DNA of 64,000 nt, from the NCBI GenBank assembly GCA_903914955.1, contig CAIWRB010000205.1, positions 6,208-70,207 of the forward strand. Reading direction: 5' to 3'. Made by a program: the position numbers and the translations under genes. Below the pieces are notes generated by a model. It did no database searches. It saw nothing but the letters and a program-made list of their open reading frames with translations, and had not been told where the DNA came from. Shown one piece after another: positions 9,860 to 19,581 of this stretch; position 1 is the first letter of the stretch; every line of letters starts with the position of its first letter. The DNA comes from an uncultured Chloroflexota bacterium (lineage in GTDB: Bacteria > Chloroflexota > Anaerolineae > Anaerolineales > Villigracilaceae).

Positions 9860-10321
9860 ATGTCTCGTAAAGGTCCTTTCATTGTTTTTAGACTGGTCGG
9901 CTTATTGCTCGTGATCGGTCTCATCGTTGGCGGAGGAGCAATGGCTTACCGCGCTGGAGTCTCTCAAGGAATTTCACAGGCTCCTGCAGTTGCCACCGCG
10001 ATCTCAAAAGCCGCAGAAAGCGGACAGGTCGCGCCAGTCCCACCGATGATGGGTCGCGAATATGGTTACGGATACGGATATGGCCCCGGCCATTATCCCA
10101 TGTACGGTCATCATTTTGGCTTCTTCCCATTCGGCGCGATCTGCGGCTCCATCTTCTTCCTCTTTTTCTTCTTCGGCTTCATGAAGATGATCTTCTTCCG
10201 CAGAATGTGGGGTGGACGTAACGGTCATCATGGCCCACCGTGGATGCACCAGCATGACCACGATTGCGAAGAGAAAAAAGACAGCGAAAAGAAAGACGAA
10301 TCACCTGAAGAAAAGAAGTAA
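9860..10321 (+). CDS. Membrane protein with Gly/Tyr/Phe/His-rich segments, upstream of the two-component genes
   Basis: GGAGG RBS, N-terminal hydrophobic helix, second hydrophobic helix, acidic/basic tail; start reassigned to ATG 9860. Confidence 0.8.
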   Translation: MSRKGPFIVFRLVGLLLVIGLIVGGGAMAYRAGVSQGISQAPAVATAISKAAESGQVAPVPPMMGREYGYGYGYGPGHYPMYGHHFGFFPFGAICGSIFFLFFFFGFMKMIFFRRMWGGRNGHHGPPWMHQHDHDCEEKKDSEKKDESPEEKK

Positions 10322-10331
10322 GAAGCTTAAA

Positions 10332-10364
10332 AATTCTGGCGACAGTTGCACTGTCGCCAGAATT
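10332..10364. terminator. Long hairpin between the membrane protein gene and the response regulator
   Basis: 15-bp perfect stem aattctggcgacagt-tgc-actgtcgccagaatt; no strong U-tract. Confidence 0.5.
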
Positions 10365-10392
10365 CCTAATACCCAATTCCTAATTCCTACTT
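10365..10392. repeat. Degenerate heptamer tandem repeat
   Basis: cctaata cccaatt cctaatt cctactt. Confidence 0.55.
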
Positions 10393-10404
10393 TATACTCC
10401 CCCC

Positions 10405-11082
10405 ATGCAAGAACTCATCCTCATCGTAGATGATGAACCCAAGATCGTGCGCCTCGCTCGTGATTATCTTGAGAAAAATGGATTTCGCGTCACCACCGCC
10501 GCAGACGGTCAATCTGCGCTGACAGCTGCCCGCCGCGAAAAACCAGATCTGATCGTCCTCGACCTTATGCTCCCCGTCTTGGACGGGCGCGAAGTCTGCA
10601 AGATCCTGCGCCGTGAGAGTGACGTACCCATCATCATGCTGACCGCCCTCGCCGAAGAAGTGGATCAGATCACGGGACTGGAAATCGGCGCGGATGATTA
10701 CATCACCAAACCATTTTCGCCACGCGCGCTGGTTGCTAGAATCCGCGCCATGTTACGCAGAACGCGCGGCGAGATCAAGACTCCAGCTGTCATCCGTGTA
10801 GGCGCGCTTGAAGTTGACTCTGAAAAGCATACGGTCACTTACAACAACAAACCCATTCAACTGACGCCCAACGAATTCAAACTGCTCACCCTTCTCGCAA
10901 ATCGCCCCGGACAAACTCTCACTCGAGAACAACTACTTGACGATCTGCACGGCGGCGCATCCAGCATTGACCGTAGCGTGGATTCCCACATAAAGAATCT
11001 GCGCCGCAAATTGGAAGCAGAATCAAAAACCTCATTGATCGACGCTGTATACGGAATCGGTTATCGCTATATAATCGTTTGA
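10405..11082 (+). CDS. OmpR/BaeR-family response regulator
   Basis: IVDDE, DLMLP, GADDYITKPF receiver plus LTPNEFKLL...IDAVYGIGY winged helix. Confidence 0.95.
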   Translation: MQELILIVDDEPKIVRLARDYLEKNGFRVTTAADGQSALTAARREKPDLIVLDLMLPVLDGREVCKILRRESDVPIIMLTALAEEVDQITGLEIGADDYITKPFSPRALVARIRAMLRRTRGEIKTPAVIRVGALEVDSEKHTVTYNNKPIQLTPNEFKLLTLLANRPGQTLTREQLLDDLHGGASSIDRSVDSHIKNLRRKLEAESKTSLIDAVYGIGYRYIIV

Positions 11083-11101
11083 ACGTTCAAACATTAAACC
11101 C

Positions 11102-12187
11102 ATGTCTCAACATAACCATCCGCATTTCCCACCCCGACACTGGAAAGGCAATCGCCGCTTTTTCATACTGCCATTTTTTCTTGTATTTGGCTTGATGAGC
11201 CTGCTCTTCATCGCGGGCATCGGCGCGATCATTTATCTCGTACTGACACAACGAGCGGAAATTATTCGTGGCGGATGGCTTTTACTATTTTGCGGCATCC
11301 CCTTTATTTTTATTTTCATCACTTCCATTATCGGCAACTTAACTTTTCGACGCTTCGGCAGGCCGATGTCGGACATTTTTTCTGCGATCGATTCCATTTC
11401 TGAGGGTGATCTCTCCACCCGCGTCCCTGAGAATTATCCGCGCCAATTCGGTCAACTTGCGCGGCGTTTCAATCACATGATCGCCGAGCTTGAACGTGCC
11501 GAACAGCAACGCCGCAATCTCACCGCTGATATCGCGCACGAACTGCGCACGCCGCTTCATATTATTCAAGGCAATCTCGAAGGAATACTTGACGGCGTTT
11601 ATCAGCCGAATTCCGAACATATCAACAACACTTTGGATGAAACCAAACTGCTTGCGCGGCTCGTGAACGACCTGCAAACCCTATCGCTTGCCGAAGCGGG
11701 ACAACTTCCGCTTCACCCTACTCGATTCCTGTTGGCTGACTTGCTAGCTGATCTCACTTCAAGTTTTTCCGCCCAAGCCGCATCCCTCGGCATTGATTTG
11801 AAAACTAACAATGCCGACCCATCCAAAGAATTTAGCGCAGACTATGACAGGTTGAATCAAGTGCTGTCCAATTTAATATCGAACGCGCTTCGGCACACAT
11901 CTCAAGGCGGGATAATTTCCATCGCAACAAGCACAGCTCCCTTCGGGGAATCAATGGTCAGTGGGATCAGAATTATCGTCAAAGATAGCGGCCAAGGCAT
12001 CCCCGCGGAAGAACTTCCTTTTATTTTCGATAGATTCTGGCGCGGTGATAAATCCAGATCTGAACGGACAAACAGCGGACTCGGCCTTGCGATTGCCAAA
12101 CAACTCATCCTCGCGCACCATGGGACGATCGAAGTGCAAAGCAAAGTAAACGAAGGCACAACATTTATTATTGAATTGCCCGATTAG
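11102..12187 (+). CDS. BaeS-like sensor histidine kinase (2 TM, HAMP, HisKA, HATPase)
   Basis: DIAHELRTPL H-box, NALRH N-box, DSGQGI, GLGLAI. Confidence 0.93.
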   Translation: MSQHNHPHFPPRHWKGNRRFFILPFFLVFGLMSLLFIAGIGAIIYLVLTQRAEIIRGGWLLLFCGIPFIFIFITSIIGNLTFRRFGRPMSDIFSAIDSISEGDLSTRVPENYPRQFGQLARRFNHMIAELERAEQQRRNLTADIAHELRTPLHIIQGNLEGILDGVYQPNSEHINNTLDETKLLARLVNDLQTLSLAEAGQLPLHPTRFLLADLLADLTSSFSAQAASLGIDLKTNNADPSKEFSADYDRLNQVLSNLISNALRHTSQGGIISIATSTAPFGESMVSGIRIIVKDSGQGIPAEELPFIFDRFWRGDKSRSERTNSGLGLAIAKQLILAHHGTIEVQSKVNEGTTFIIELPD

Positions 12188-12202
12188 GGGTAAAATTTTG
12201 GA

Positions 12203-13228
12203 ATGAATTTATTGCAAACGAATACGAACGTGAAGCGGCTGTTCTATTTTTTCACTCTTCTTTTTATATCCCTTTGTGTTTACAAAGTGATCGCGCAAAT
12301 CTACAGCCCGTACTGGCAGGATTTATCGGATACTGCCAGCGGAGTCTTGACAGGTCATCCACTATGGGTCGCGTATCAAAACCGCTTGCTGGGACCTTAC
12401 CTCGTCCATTTGATTTCTGCGATCGGAATTTCGAATGTATCGGCTATAAAATTATTCACGCTGTTGTCGATCACGATTCAAAACCTTGTTTTATTCGGAT
12501 TGCTGACAAAATCGAGGGTTTCTTACAATAGATTATTGAGCTACATCATATTCTATTCATTCATATTTATTTGCATTCAAGATTATGGCTTCTACACATG
12601 GGACAGTATTGACGCAATATTGTTTACTTTTTTTGCATGGGGAATATTTCAAGGCAGATCGATGATCTTTTTTGTTACCCTTTTCTTTTTTGCAATCTTC
12701 AATAGGGAGAGCGCGCTTTTTATCAGTTTGTATCTGGTTATTGACTCGTTCCAAATCCATAACGTGAAGATTCATCTTTCATCCAAGCCTAAGTTGGCAA
12801 TTGGGAGTTTCCTGACAATCGGCGGCATCATTTACACAAAGCTGATCCGTGATTATTTATTTATCAGCCGGCCAAACGGTCTGCTAGATACTGCCAATGC
12901 TCGGACAGGAAATCAGATTCATTTTCTAAAAAACATCCTTGATATCTTCTTCAACAACCTGACTTCGATCAACATCCTGAATTCAATATTTATTATAGGA
13001 TCGGTCATCTATCTCGTATATTTTATAAAATACTATACGGACCATCAGATCAAAGCTTTTGCTATGTTTATCATTCTGATAGTGAATATCATGATCTTTG
13101 GTGGGATCAATGAAACCAGAATGTACATCATTCTCATACCGTTTTTAATATTTTTTCAGATCGGATTAGGGGAATCAAAACCTGATACCGCAACAAGCGG
13201 TAGAATTGCCGCCAATGGAAATCTCTGA
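12203..13228 (+). CDS. Uncharacterised polytopic membrane protein, AT-rich
   Basis: Many hydrophobic helices; composition visibly more AT-rich than neighbours; 3' end overlaps the uvrC start. Confidence 0.75.
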   Translation: MNLLQTNTNVKRLFYFFTLLFISLCVYKVIAQIYSPYWQDLSDTASGVLTGHPLWVAYQNRLLGPYLVHLISAIGISNVSAIKLFTLLSITIQNLVLFGLLTKSRVSYNRLLSYIIFYSFIFICIQDYGFYTWDSIDAILFTFFAWGIFQGRSMIFFVTLFFFAIFNRESALFISLYLVIDSFQIHNVKIHLSSKPKLAIGSFLTIGGIIYTKLIRDYLFISRPNGLLDTANARTGNQIHFLKNILDIFFNNLTSINILNSIFIIGSVIYLVYFIKYYTDHQIKAFAMFIILIVNIMIFGGINETRMYIILIPFLIFFQIGLGESKPDTATSGRIAANGNL

Positions 13229-15092
13229 AAAACTACAGGGCATTCTTACCACATTGCCAGCCAAGCCAGGCTGTTATATCTACCACAATGCCGAGGGGAC
13301 GATCATCTATGTCGGCAAAGCCATCAGCCTGAAAAACCGCGTGCGGTCATATTTCCATTCAGACTCGAGTCACGATGCAAAGACACGCCGCCTCGTGCGC
13401 GAGATCGTGGATATCGAGTGGATTGTGGTCGGCTCGGAACTTGAGGCGCTCATTCTTGAGATGAATCTCATCAAGAAGCACCGCCCAAAATACAACATCC
13501 GCCTCAAAGATGACAAGCGTTATCCCTACATAAAAATTCACCTGAACGAGCCTTTTCCCAATGTGACGGTCACGCGGCAAATGGAGGAGGATGGTTCACG
13601 CTATTTTGGTCCGTACACTTCCGCATGGGCAGTTTATCAAACATTGGATGTACTGCGCCGAATCTTCCCATACCTGACATGTGACCGCGAGATCACAGGC
13701 CTCGACAAACGCGCCTGTCTTTACTTTGACATCAAGCTGTGCATTGCCCCCTGCATCGGAGCTGTCGACCAGACAGGATACCGCCAAATGATCTCCGATT
13801 TGATGGAGTTCCTAAGCGGACACAGCGAAGACATTGTGACACGACTCGAAACCGAAATGCAAAAGGCTTCTGAAGAAATGCGTTTTGAGAAAGCCGCGGC
13901 AGTGCGTGATCAACTAAAGGCTATCAGTTCCATTATTGAACGACAGAAAATTGTTTTCGCATCAGATTACAAAGACTCAGATGTGTTGGCCATGGCGCGC
14001 ACTGATGGTGAAGCCTGCGTGCAGATTTTCTTCATTCGCGGCGGAAAATTGATCGGGCGCGAATATTTCATCCTCGAAGGCACAGAAGACACGGATAATC
14101 AGGAAGTGATGGCAGAGTTCGTCAAACAGTTCTACACTGAAGCTGCGAACATTCCTGAGCAGGTGATGATCCCAGAAGAAATAAAAATGGAGGAAGCCAG
14201 TATCATCAGCCAATGGCTCAAGTCTAAACGAGGCGGTCAAAAAGTGGAAATATTCGTGCCGAAGGATGGTCAGCCGCATGAATTGGTTGAGATGGCCGCT
14301 GAGAACGCGTCTGAAACTTTGCAGGCGCTGCGCGCTCAATGGCAGGCGGATGCACACAAGCAGGAGCAGGCGCTCGGCGAATTACAATCCGCTCTAAAAT
14401 TATCGGCGCCGCCAAATCGAATCGAATGTTATGATGTCAGTCACACACAAGGTGTGGCAACTGTCGGCGCGATGGTTGTGTTTGAACAAGGCGTACCAAC
14501 CAAGAAACTTTATCGAAAATTCAACATTGACAGCACCAGCATCGGTGCGCCCGATGATTTTGCATCGATGGAGGAAATGCTCACGCGTAGATTCAAAAGA
14601 TGGCGATCTGCCGAAGAAACCGAACCAAGCCCGGGCGCGAAAAAAGACGCGTCATTTTCCTTCCTGCCTGATCTGATCATTATCGACGGCGGCAAAGGTC
14701 AGCTTGGACGTGTGGTCAAAGTCCTCGAGCAATTTGGCTTATTCGACAAAGTACCCGTTGTCGGACTCGCAAAACAGGAAGAAGAGATTTTCTTTCCGCA
14801 TAACAGCCAGCCGTTAATTTTGCCGCGCCACTCGCAGGGACTGTATCTCGTGCAAAGGATTCGCGACGAGGCGCACCGCTATGGGATCACTGCGCATCGC
14901 GCACGCCGATCAAAACAGGGACTGGCATCGCAGCTGGATTCGATCCCGAACATTGGGCCAGCGCGCAGAAAAGCCCTCTTGAAATATTTTGGTTCTATGG
15001 ATAAGATTAGAGAAGCAAGCGTTGAAGAACTAACCACGGTCAAAGGTATGAACATGAGTGCAGCAGAAAGTATAAAGGCCCATCTGGAATGA
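13215..15092 (+). CDS. uvrC: Excinuclease ABC subunit C
   Basis: GIY-YIG domain (PGCYIY...IYVGKA.SLKNRVRSYF), RIECYDVSH, IIDGGKGQ, RDEAHR, HhH tail. Confidence 0.96.
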   Translation: MEISEKLQGILTTLPAKPGCYIYHNAEGTIIYVGKAISLKNRVRSYFHSDSSHDAKTRRLVREIVDIEWIVVGSELEALILEMNLIKKHRPKYNIRLKDDKRYPYIKIHLNEPFPNVTVTRQMEEDGSRYFGPYTSAWAVYQTLDVLRRIFPYLTCDREITGLDKRACLYFDIKLCIAPCIGAVDQTGYRQMISDLMEFLSGHSEDIVTRLETEMQKASEEMRFEKAAAVRDQLKAISSIIERQKIVFASDYKDSDVLAMARTDGEACVQIFFIRGGKLIGREYFILEGTEDTDNQEVMAEFVKQFYTEAANIPEQVMIPEEIKMEEASIISQWLKSKRGGQKVEIFVPKDGQPHELVEMAAENASETLQALRAQWQADAHKQEQALGELQSALKLSAPPNRIECYDVSHTQGVATVGAMVVFEQGVPTKKLYRKFNIDSTSIGAPDDFASMEEMLTRRFKRWRSAEETEPSPGAKKDASFSFLPDLIIIDGGKGQLGRVVKVLEQFGLFDKVPVVGLAKQEEEIFFPHNSQPLILPRHSQGLYLVQRIRDEAHRYGITAHRARRSKQGLASQLDSIPNIGPARRKALLKYFGSMDKIREASVEELTTVKGMNMSAAESIKAHLE

Positions 15093-15466
15093 AACAAATC
15101 TGGATCGTTGACGATGACGAAGAGATGGGCAACGCGATCAGCTTGATGCTTAGCCTGCTCGAATGCCAGACAAAGCATTTCTATAATGCACGCAGCACAG
15201 CGCAGGCTTTACTGGCGGGCGGATTGCCTGATATGATGATCCTGGATATTAATATGCCCGAGGTCAGCGGACTGGATTTGCTGGAGTTTTTGCGCCGTCG
15301 TAAAGAGTGGAAGAATTTACCGGTTATCATGCTTTCGTCTGAGGCTGCGGATGTGACCGTTGACCGAGCTTTGCACTTGGGCGCGGATGGATACGTGATG
15401 AAGCCTGTTACAATTGACGAACTTGAAAAGGTAATGTCTCAAGCCTTTTACAAACATATCCTATAA
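15089..15466 (+). CDS. Single-domain CheY-like response regulator
   Basis: IVDDD, LDINMP, GADGYVMKP; ATGA overlap with the uvrC stop. Confidence 0.9.
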   Translation: MKQIWIVDDDEEMGNAISLMLSLLECQTKHFYNARSTAQALLAGGLPDMMILDINMPEVSGLDLLEFLRRRKEWKNLPVIMLSSEAADVTVDRALHLGADGYVMKPVTIDELEKVMSQAFYKHIL

Positions 15467-15477
15467 GTGAGTAGAAA

Positions 15478-15627
15478 ATGACTGGAAAAATTTCTAAAAC
15501 AAAAAAACAAACCAAACCCGCAGAAAATACCGCTTCGCGCCCGAATAGGTCCGCGCAGATTATGTTCGCAATTTTTGCGATCATTCTTATCTTATCGATG
15601 GTGCTCTCTGCAGTTTCAAAGTTCTAA
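15478..15627 (+). CDS. Small membrane protein (49 aa), below the ORF-track cutoff
   Basis: MTGKISKTKKQTKPAENTASRPNRSAQIMFAIFAIILILSMVLSAVSKF: basic N-terminus, single C-terminal TM helix, followed by a terminator. Confidence 0.7.
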   Translation: MTGKISKTKKQTKPAENTASRPNRSAQIMFAIFAIILILSMVLSAVSKF

Positions 15628-15653
15628 CTGATCTTGAAATATTATATTCCCAC

Positions 15654-15680
15654 GCGCGGCACATATGCCGCGCTTTCTTT
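15654..15680 (+). terminator. Intrinsic terminator
   Basis: gcgcggc-acatat-gccgcgc followed by tttcttt. Confidence 0.65.
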
Positions 15681-15753
15681 CGTAAAAAAATAATTGCGAG
15701 TGAGTGTACTTCGCGAACCAAGCAGCCTCTTCACCGTTGCGTAAGGATAATTC

Positions 15754-16830
15754 ATGCTCGACAAACTACATGCAATTGAAGAACGGTATGAACAACTCGG
15801 AAGCGAACTGCTCGAAGTGGGCAGTGACTATCAACGCGCCGGCGAGATCAACAAAGAACGCGTGGATCTGGAACCCATCTATGTAAAGGTGCGCGAATAC
15901 CGTCAGGCAATGAAAAGCTATGAGGAAGCCAAAGCCCTCATCGTCACAGAAAATGACGCGGAGTTGATCGCATTGGCAAAAGCGGACGTTGAGGAACTTA
16001 GCCCAAGGATCGAGAAGCTCGAAAAAGAGATTCGGGGCATGCTCGTGCCAAAAGACCCGCGTGATGACAGAAATGTGATCTTTGAAATTCGCGCGGGCGC
16101 GGGCGGTGACGAAGCCGCCATTTTCGCGGCAGATCTATTCCGAATGTATACTCGGTACGCCGAAGGCAAACGCTGGAAGATAGAAGCCATGTCTGAAAGC
16201 GCCATCGGTGTGGGCGGATTCAAAGAAGTGATCTTTGAGATCAAAGGCAAAGGCGCGTACTCAAAATTGAAATACGAGTCAGGTGTGCATCGCGTGCAGC
16301 GCGTTCCAACTACCGAATCGCAGGGACGCATTCACACATCCACCGCAACTGTGACAGTGCTCGCAGAAGTGGACGATGTGGAAGTGGACATTCCTGAAAC
16401 CGATATTATTATCGAAGTCTATCGCTCTTCAGGCGCAGGCGGACAGAATGTACAGAAGAATTCCACAGCCGTGCGCTTGTATCACAAACCAACAGGCATG
16501 ATCGTAACCTGTCAGGATGAACGCTCACAACTGCAAAACAAATTACGCGCCCTCAGCATTCTGCGCGCGCGGTTATTTGAAATTGCAGAACAAAAGCGCC
16601 GCACAGAACTCGAGGCGGATCGCCGCTCACAGGTTGGATCGGGGGATCGGTCGGAAAAAATCCGCACCTATAATTATCCGCAAAACCGTGTCACCGATCA
16701 TCGTATTGGATATTCAAGTTATAACCTGCCCACGGTCATGGATGGCGCGATAGATCAGTTCATTGATGAACTCTCCACCAGAGACGAATCAGAACGTCTC
16801 GCCTCGACTGGCGTGGACGACGACGAATAA
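15754..16830 (+). CDS. prfA: Peptide chain release factor 1
   Basis: VHRVQRVPTT (PxT), GGQ motif, SEKIRTYN. Confidence 0.97.
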   Translation: MLDKLHAIEERYEQLGSELLEVGSDYQRAGEINKERVDLEPIYVKVREYRQAMKSYEEAKALIVTENDAELIALAKADVEELSPRIEKLEKEIRGMLVPKDPRDDRNVIFEIRAGAGGDEAAIFAADLFRMYTRYAEGKRWKIEAMSESAIGVGGFKEVIFEIKGKGAYSKLKYESGVHRVQRVPTTESQGRIHTSTATVTVLAEVDDVEVDIPETDIIIEVYRSSGAGGQNVQKNSTAVRLYHKPTGMIVTCQDERSQLQNKLRALSILRARLFEIAEQKRRTELEADRRSQVGSGDRSEKIRTYNYPQNRVTDHRIGYSSYNLPTVMDGAIDQFIDELSTRDESERLASTGVDDDE

Positions 16831-16860
16831 AGAAAGTGGCTGCCAGCTTTTTCCATCCCC

Positions 16861-17718
16861 ATGAAAATTCAAGAACTGATTGAAACTACGGCCGCTCGGA
16901 TCGAGCCATTTGGTGACACTCCCCAACTCGATGCGCAAGTTTTACTTTCCCACTGTATTCAAAAACCACGCACGTGGGTAATGGCGCACCCTGAATATAC
17001 TTTGACAAAAAAAGAACAAGATCAACTTACCGACGCGCTGGAAAAATTGGCAGCGGGTGAGCCGCTGCCCTACGTACTGGGGAAATGGGAATTCTTTGGC
17101 CTCGAATTTGAAATTACAAGCGATGTTCTCATCCCGCGCCCCGAAACAGAATTACTGGTTGAGAAAGCAATCGCATGGCTGCGAGTCTCTCCCGAGCGCC
17201 GCACCGTGGCAGATATTGGCACAGGCTCAGGCGCCATCGCCACTTCCATTGCCGTGCATATCTTAGATGCGCGCATCCTTGCAACGGATATTTCATTTGA
17301 CGCGCTCAAGGTTGCACAGCATAACGCGCGCAAATTCCATGTGCAGCAACGTGTCGACTTTTTACAATGCGACCTTCTGCCGCAGCATATTGAACCTCTA
17401 TCCACAGATCGTCACTTCGATCTGATCTGCGCGAACCTGCCCTATATTCCCACAGATACATTACACCAACTTCCCATTTTTGGAAAAGAACCCACTCTGG
17501 CACTCGATGGCGGCATTGATGGACTCGAAATTTATCGCCGTCTATTCAAACTTGCGCCCAACTGGCTCGCCCCGCGCGGCATGCTGTTACTTGAGATCGA
17601 ATCCACACTTGGAGTAAAAGCCCTCAGCCTCGCTTATGATTCATTTTCCGATGTCACCATTCACATGCATCAAGATCTGGCTGGTAGAGATCGTTTACTC
17701 GAAATCATGTTTCCATGA
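16861..17718 (+). CDS. prmC: Release factor glutamine methyltransferase
   Basis: LIPRPETE, DIGTGSGAI, NLPY; follows prfA. Confidence 0.95.
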   Translation: MKIQELIETTAARIEPFGDTPQLDAQVLLSHCIQKPRTWVMAHPEYTLTKKEQDQLTDALEKLAAGEPLPYVLGKWEFFGLEFEITSDVLIPRPETELLVEKAIAWLRVSPERRTVADIGTGSGAIATSIAVHILDARILATDISFDALKVAQHNARKFHVQQRVDFLQCDLLPQHIEPLSTDRHFDLICANLPYIPTDTLHQLPIFGKEPTLALDGGIDGLEIYRRLFKLAPNWLAPRGMLLLEIESTLGVKALSLAYDSFSDVTIHMHQDLAGRDRLLEIMFP

Positions 17719-18320
17719 AAACCGAGATCATCCCCGCAAGTGAAATTCAAAACGCACTTAAGCTCCTGCAAAACGGCGGCATCATTGCCTTCCCCACGGA
17801 TACCGTTTATGGCCTCGGCGCACTGGCATTTGATACTGATGCGATTAATAGTATTTACATCGCAAAGAATCGTCCCATAGAAAAGGCAATTCCCATTTTG
17901 ATCGGAGACATGAGCGACCTCGACAAAGTTGCCAGCGACATCCCAAACATGGCACTCCATTTCGCCTTCCGCTTCTGGCCTGGACCTTTGACCTTCATCG
18001 TCCCCAAAAAGGAGACTCTCCCCTTGTCAGTTTCTGCCACTTCCACTGTCGCAGTCCGCATTCCTGATCATATTGATGCGCGCGCCTTGTTGCGCGCAGC
18101 TGGCCCCATGGCAGTCACCTCCGCTAATATTTCAGGTGGACAAAATCCATCCAGTGCGCAGGAAGTGTATGACCAACTCAACGGGCGCATCCCATTAATT
18201 TTAGATGGCGGAAAAACACAAGGCGGAATTCCGTCCACATTGGTGGATTGCACTGGAGAAAAACCGCTGATATTAAGAGAAGGCCCGATTTCATTGGATG
18301 AGTTGCTGGCGGTTTTATAG
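17715..18320 (+). CDS. tsaC: Threonylcarbamoyl-AMP synthase (TsaC/Sua5 YrdC domain)
   Basis: FPTDTVYGL, KNRP, FWPGPLT, TSANISG. Confidence 0.92.
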   Translation: MKTEIIPASEIQNALKLLQNGGIIAFPTDTVYGLGALAFDTDAINSIYIAKNRPIEKAIPILIGDMSDLDKVASDIPNMALHFAFRFWPGPLTFIVPKKETLPLSVSATSTVAVRIPDHIDARALLRAAGPMAVTSANISGGQNPSSAQEVYDQLNGRIPLILDGGKTQGGIPSTLVDCTGEKPLILREGPISLDELLAVL

Positions 18321-18401
18321 ATAAAACTCTCATCCGCCATTTATGTATTATTCAGGTTACGCTAAAGTGGCTGCATATAATTGTAATTACATTCTCCCTT
18401 A

Positions 18402-18443
18402 ACAGAACCGCCGATGACTTGGGCAAGTCATCGGCGGTTCTGT
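18402..18443. terminator. Hairpin between convergent tsaC and tsaD
   Basis: 19-bp perfect stem acagaaccgccgatgactt / aagtcatcggcggttctgt. Confidence 0.75.
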
Positions 18444-18465
18444 GTTAACTGGACATGCTTTATTT

Positions 18466-19494
18466 TCAGGAGAGCGGCCAAGTCGGCAATACATCCATAT
18501 CCATTTGCGATGTGTGACCATAGGCAAAGCGATAATAGCCCGCAGATGCGATCATGGCGGCGTTATCGGTACATAAAGTCAACGCGGGAATATGAACTGG
18601 AAATTCTGTTTGAGCTTTAAATATTTGACGCAAAGGGCGGTTGGCTGAAACTCCACCTGCGACCAATATTTCCTTTGCCTCAAACTCGCGCGCGGCATTC
18701 ATGGTCTTCTTGTAAAGCACATCAATTACAGCTTTTTGAAATGAGGCGGCCAGATCTACTACAGGCAATGACGTACTCTTCTTTTGCAACTCGCGCACTT
18801 CGTACAACACGGAAGTCTTTAATCCGCTGAATGAAAAATCCCAGGTTCCTTCGAGCCAGGCGCGTGGAAATTTAAATCGATTTGGGTCACCCTCTTCCGC
18901 GGCTTTTTGAATGGCAGGACCGCCGGGATAGCCAAGTTCCAACAGCCGGGCGACTTTGTCGAAGGCCTCACCAGCCGCATCGTCCAGAGTTGAACCGAGC
19001 CGTTGATACGTCAAATGATCGGTCATGAGATTGAGTTCGGAATGTCCGCCTGAGACGAGTAGAACCATCAAAGGGAATTGCGGCTCGGGCGGGACGATGT
19101 CATCTGAGTTGTAGACCCAGGCTGAATAAAGATGTCCCTCCAAATGATTGACGCCGACCAGCGGCAGGCCGGAGCCGAGCGCGAGTCCCTTGGCCATGTT
19201 CATGCCAACGACCAGCGAGCCTGCAAGACCAGGCCCCTGTGTGACGGCGAGCGCGTCAATATCTTTGAGTGTCATGTGCGCCTGCGCGAGCGCCTGCTCC
19301 ACAACAGGGGTAATACTCAAGACATGCTGACGCGAAGCCACTTCAGGAAACACACCGCCATACCGCGCGTGGATTTCCATTTGCGAGGCAACAACAGATG
19401 AAAGCAATGCGCGGCCATTTTCAATGATGGCGCATGCGGTTTCATCACAAGAAGTTTCAACGGCCAAAACGCGGGCGGGTTTTAGATTAGTCAT
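18466..19494 (-). CDS. tsaD: tRNA N6-threonylcarbamoyltransferase
   Basis: ETSCDET, GGVFPEVASRQH, NHLEGH, VSGGH, DDAAGEAFDK, CTDNAAMI; start moved to 19494. Confidence 0.96.
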   Translation of the reverse strand: MTNLKPARVLAVETSCDETACAIIENGRALLSSVVASQMEIHARYGGVFPEVASRQHVLSITPVVEQALAQAHMTLKDIDALAVTQGPGLAGSLVVGMNMAKGLALGSGLPLVGVNHLEGHLYSAWVYNSDDIVPPEPQFPLMVLLVSGGHSELNLMTDHLTYQRLGSTLDDAAGEAFDKVARLLELGYPGGPAIQKAAEEGDPNRFKFPRAWLEGTWDFSFSGLKTSVLYEVRELQKKSTSLPVVDLAASFQKAVIDVLYKKTMNAAREFEAKEILVAGGVSANRPLRQIFKAQTEFPVHIPALTLCTDNAAMIASAGYYRFAYGHTSQMDMDVLPTWPLS

Positions 19495-19581
19495 TAGTTT
19501 TAATTTTCCAGTATCAAATGGAGCACTGACTTTAGTCCGTTTTTTCAAAAATGTTGGAATGAAGTCCGCGCTCCATACTTT

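Noticed and set aside
15754-19494. prfA-prmC-tsaC with convergent tsaD as a novel system
   Set aside because: Ordinary, widely conserved translation gene neighbourhood.
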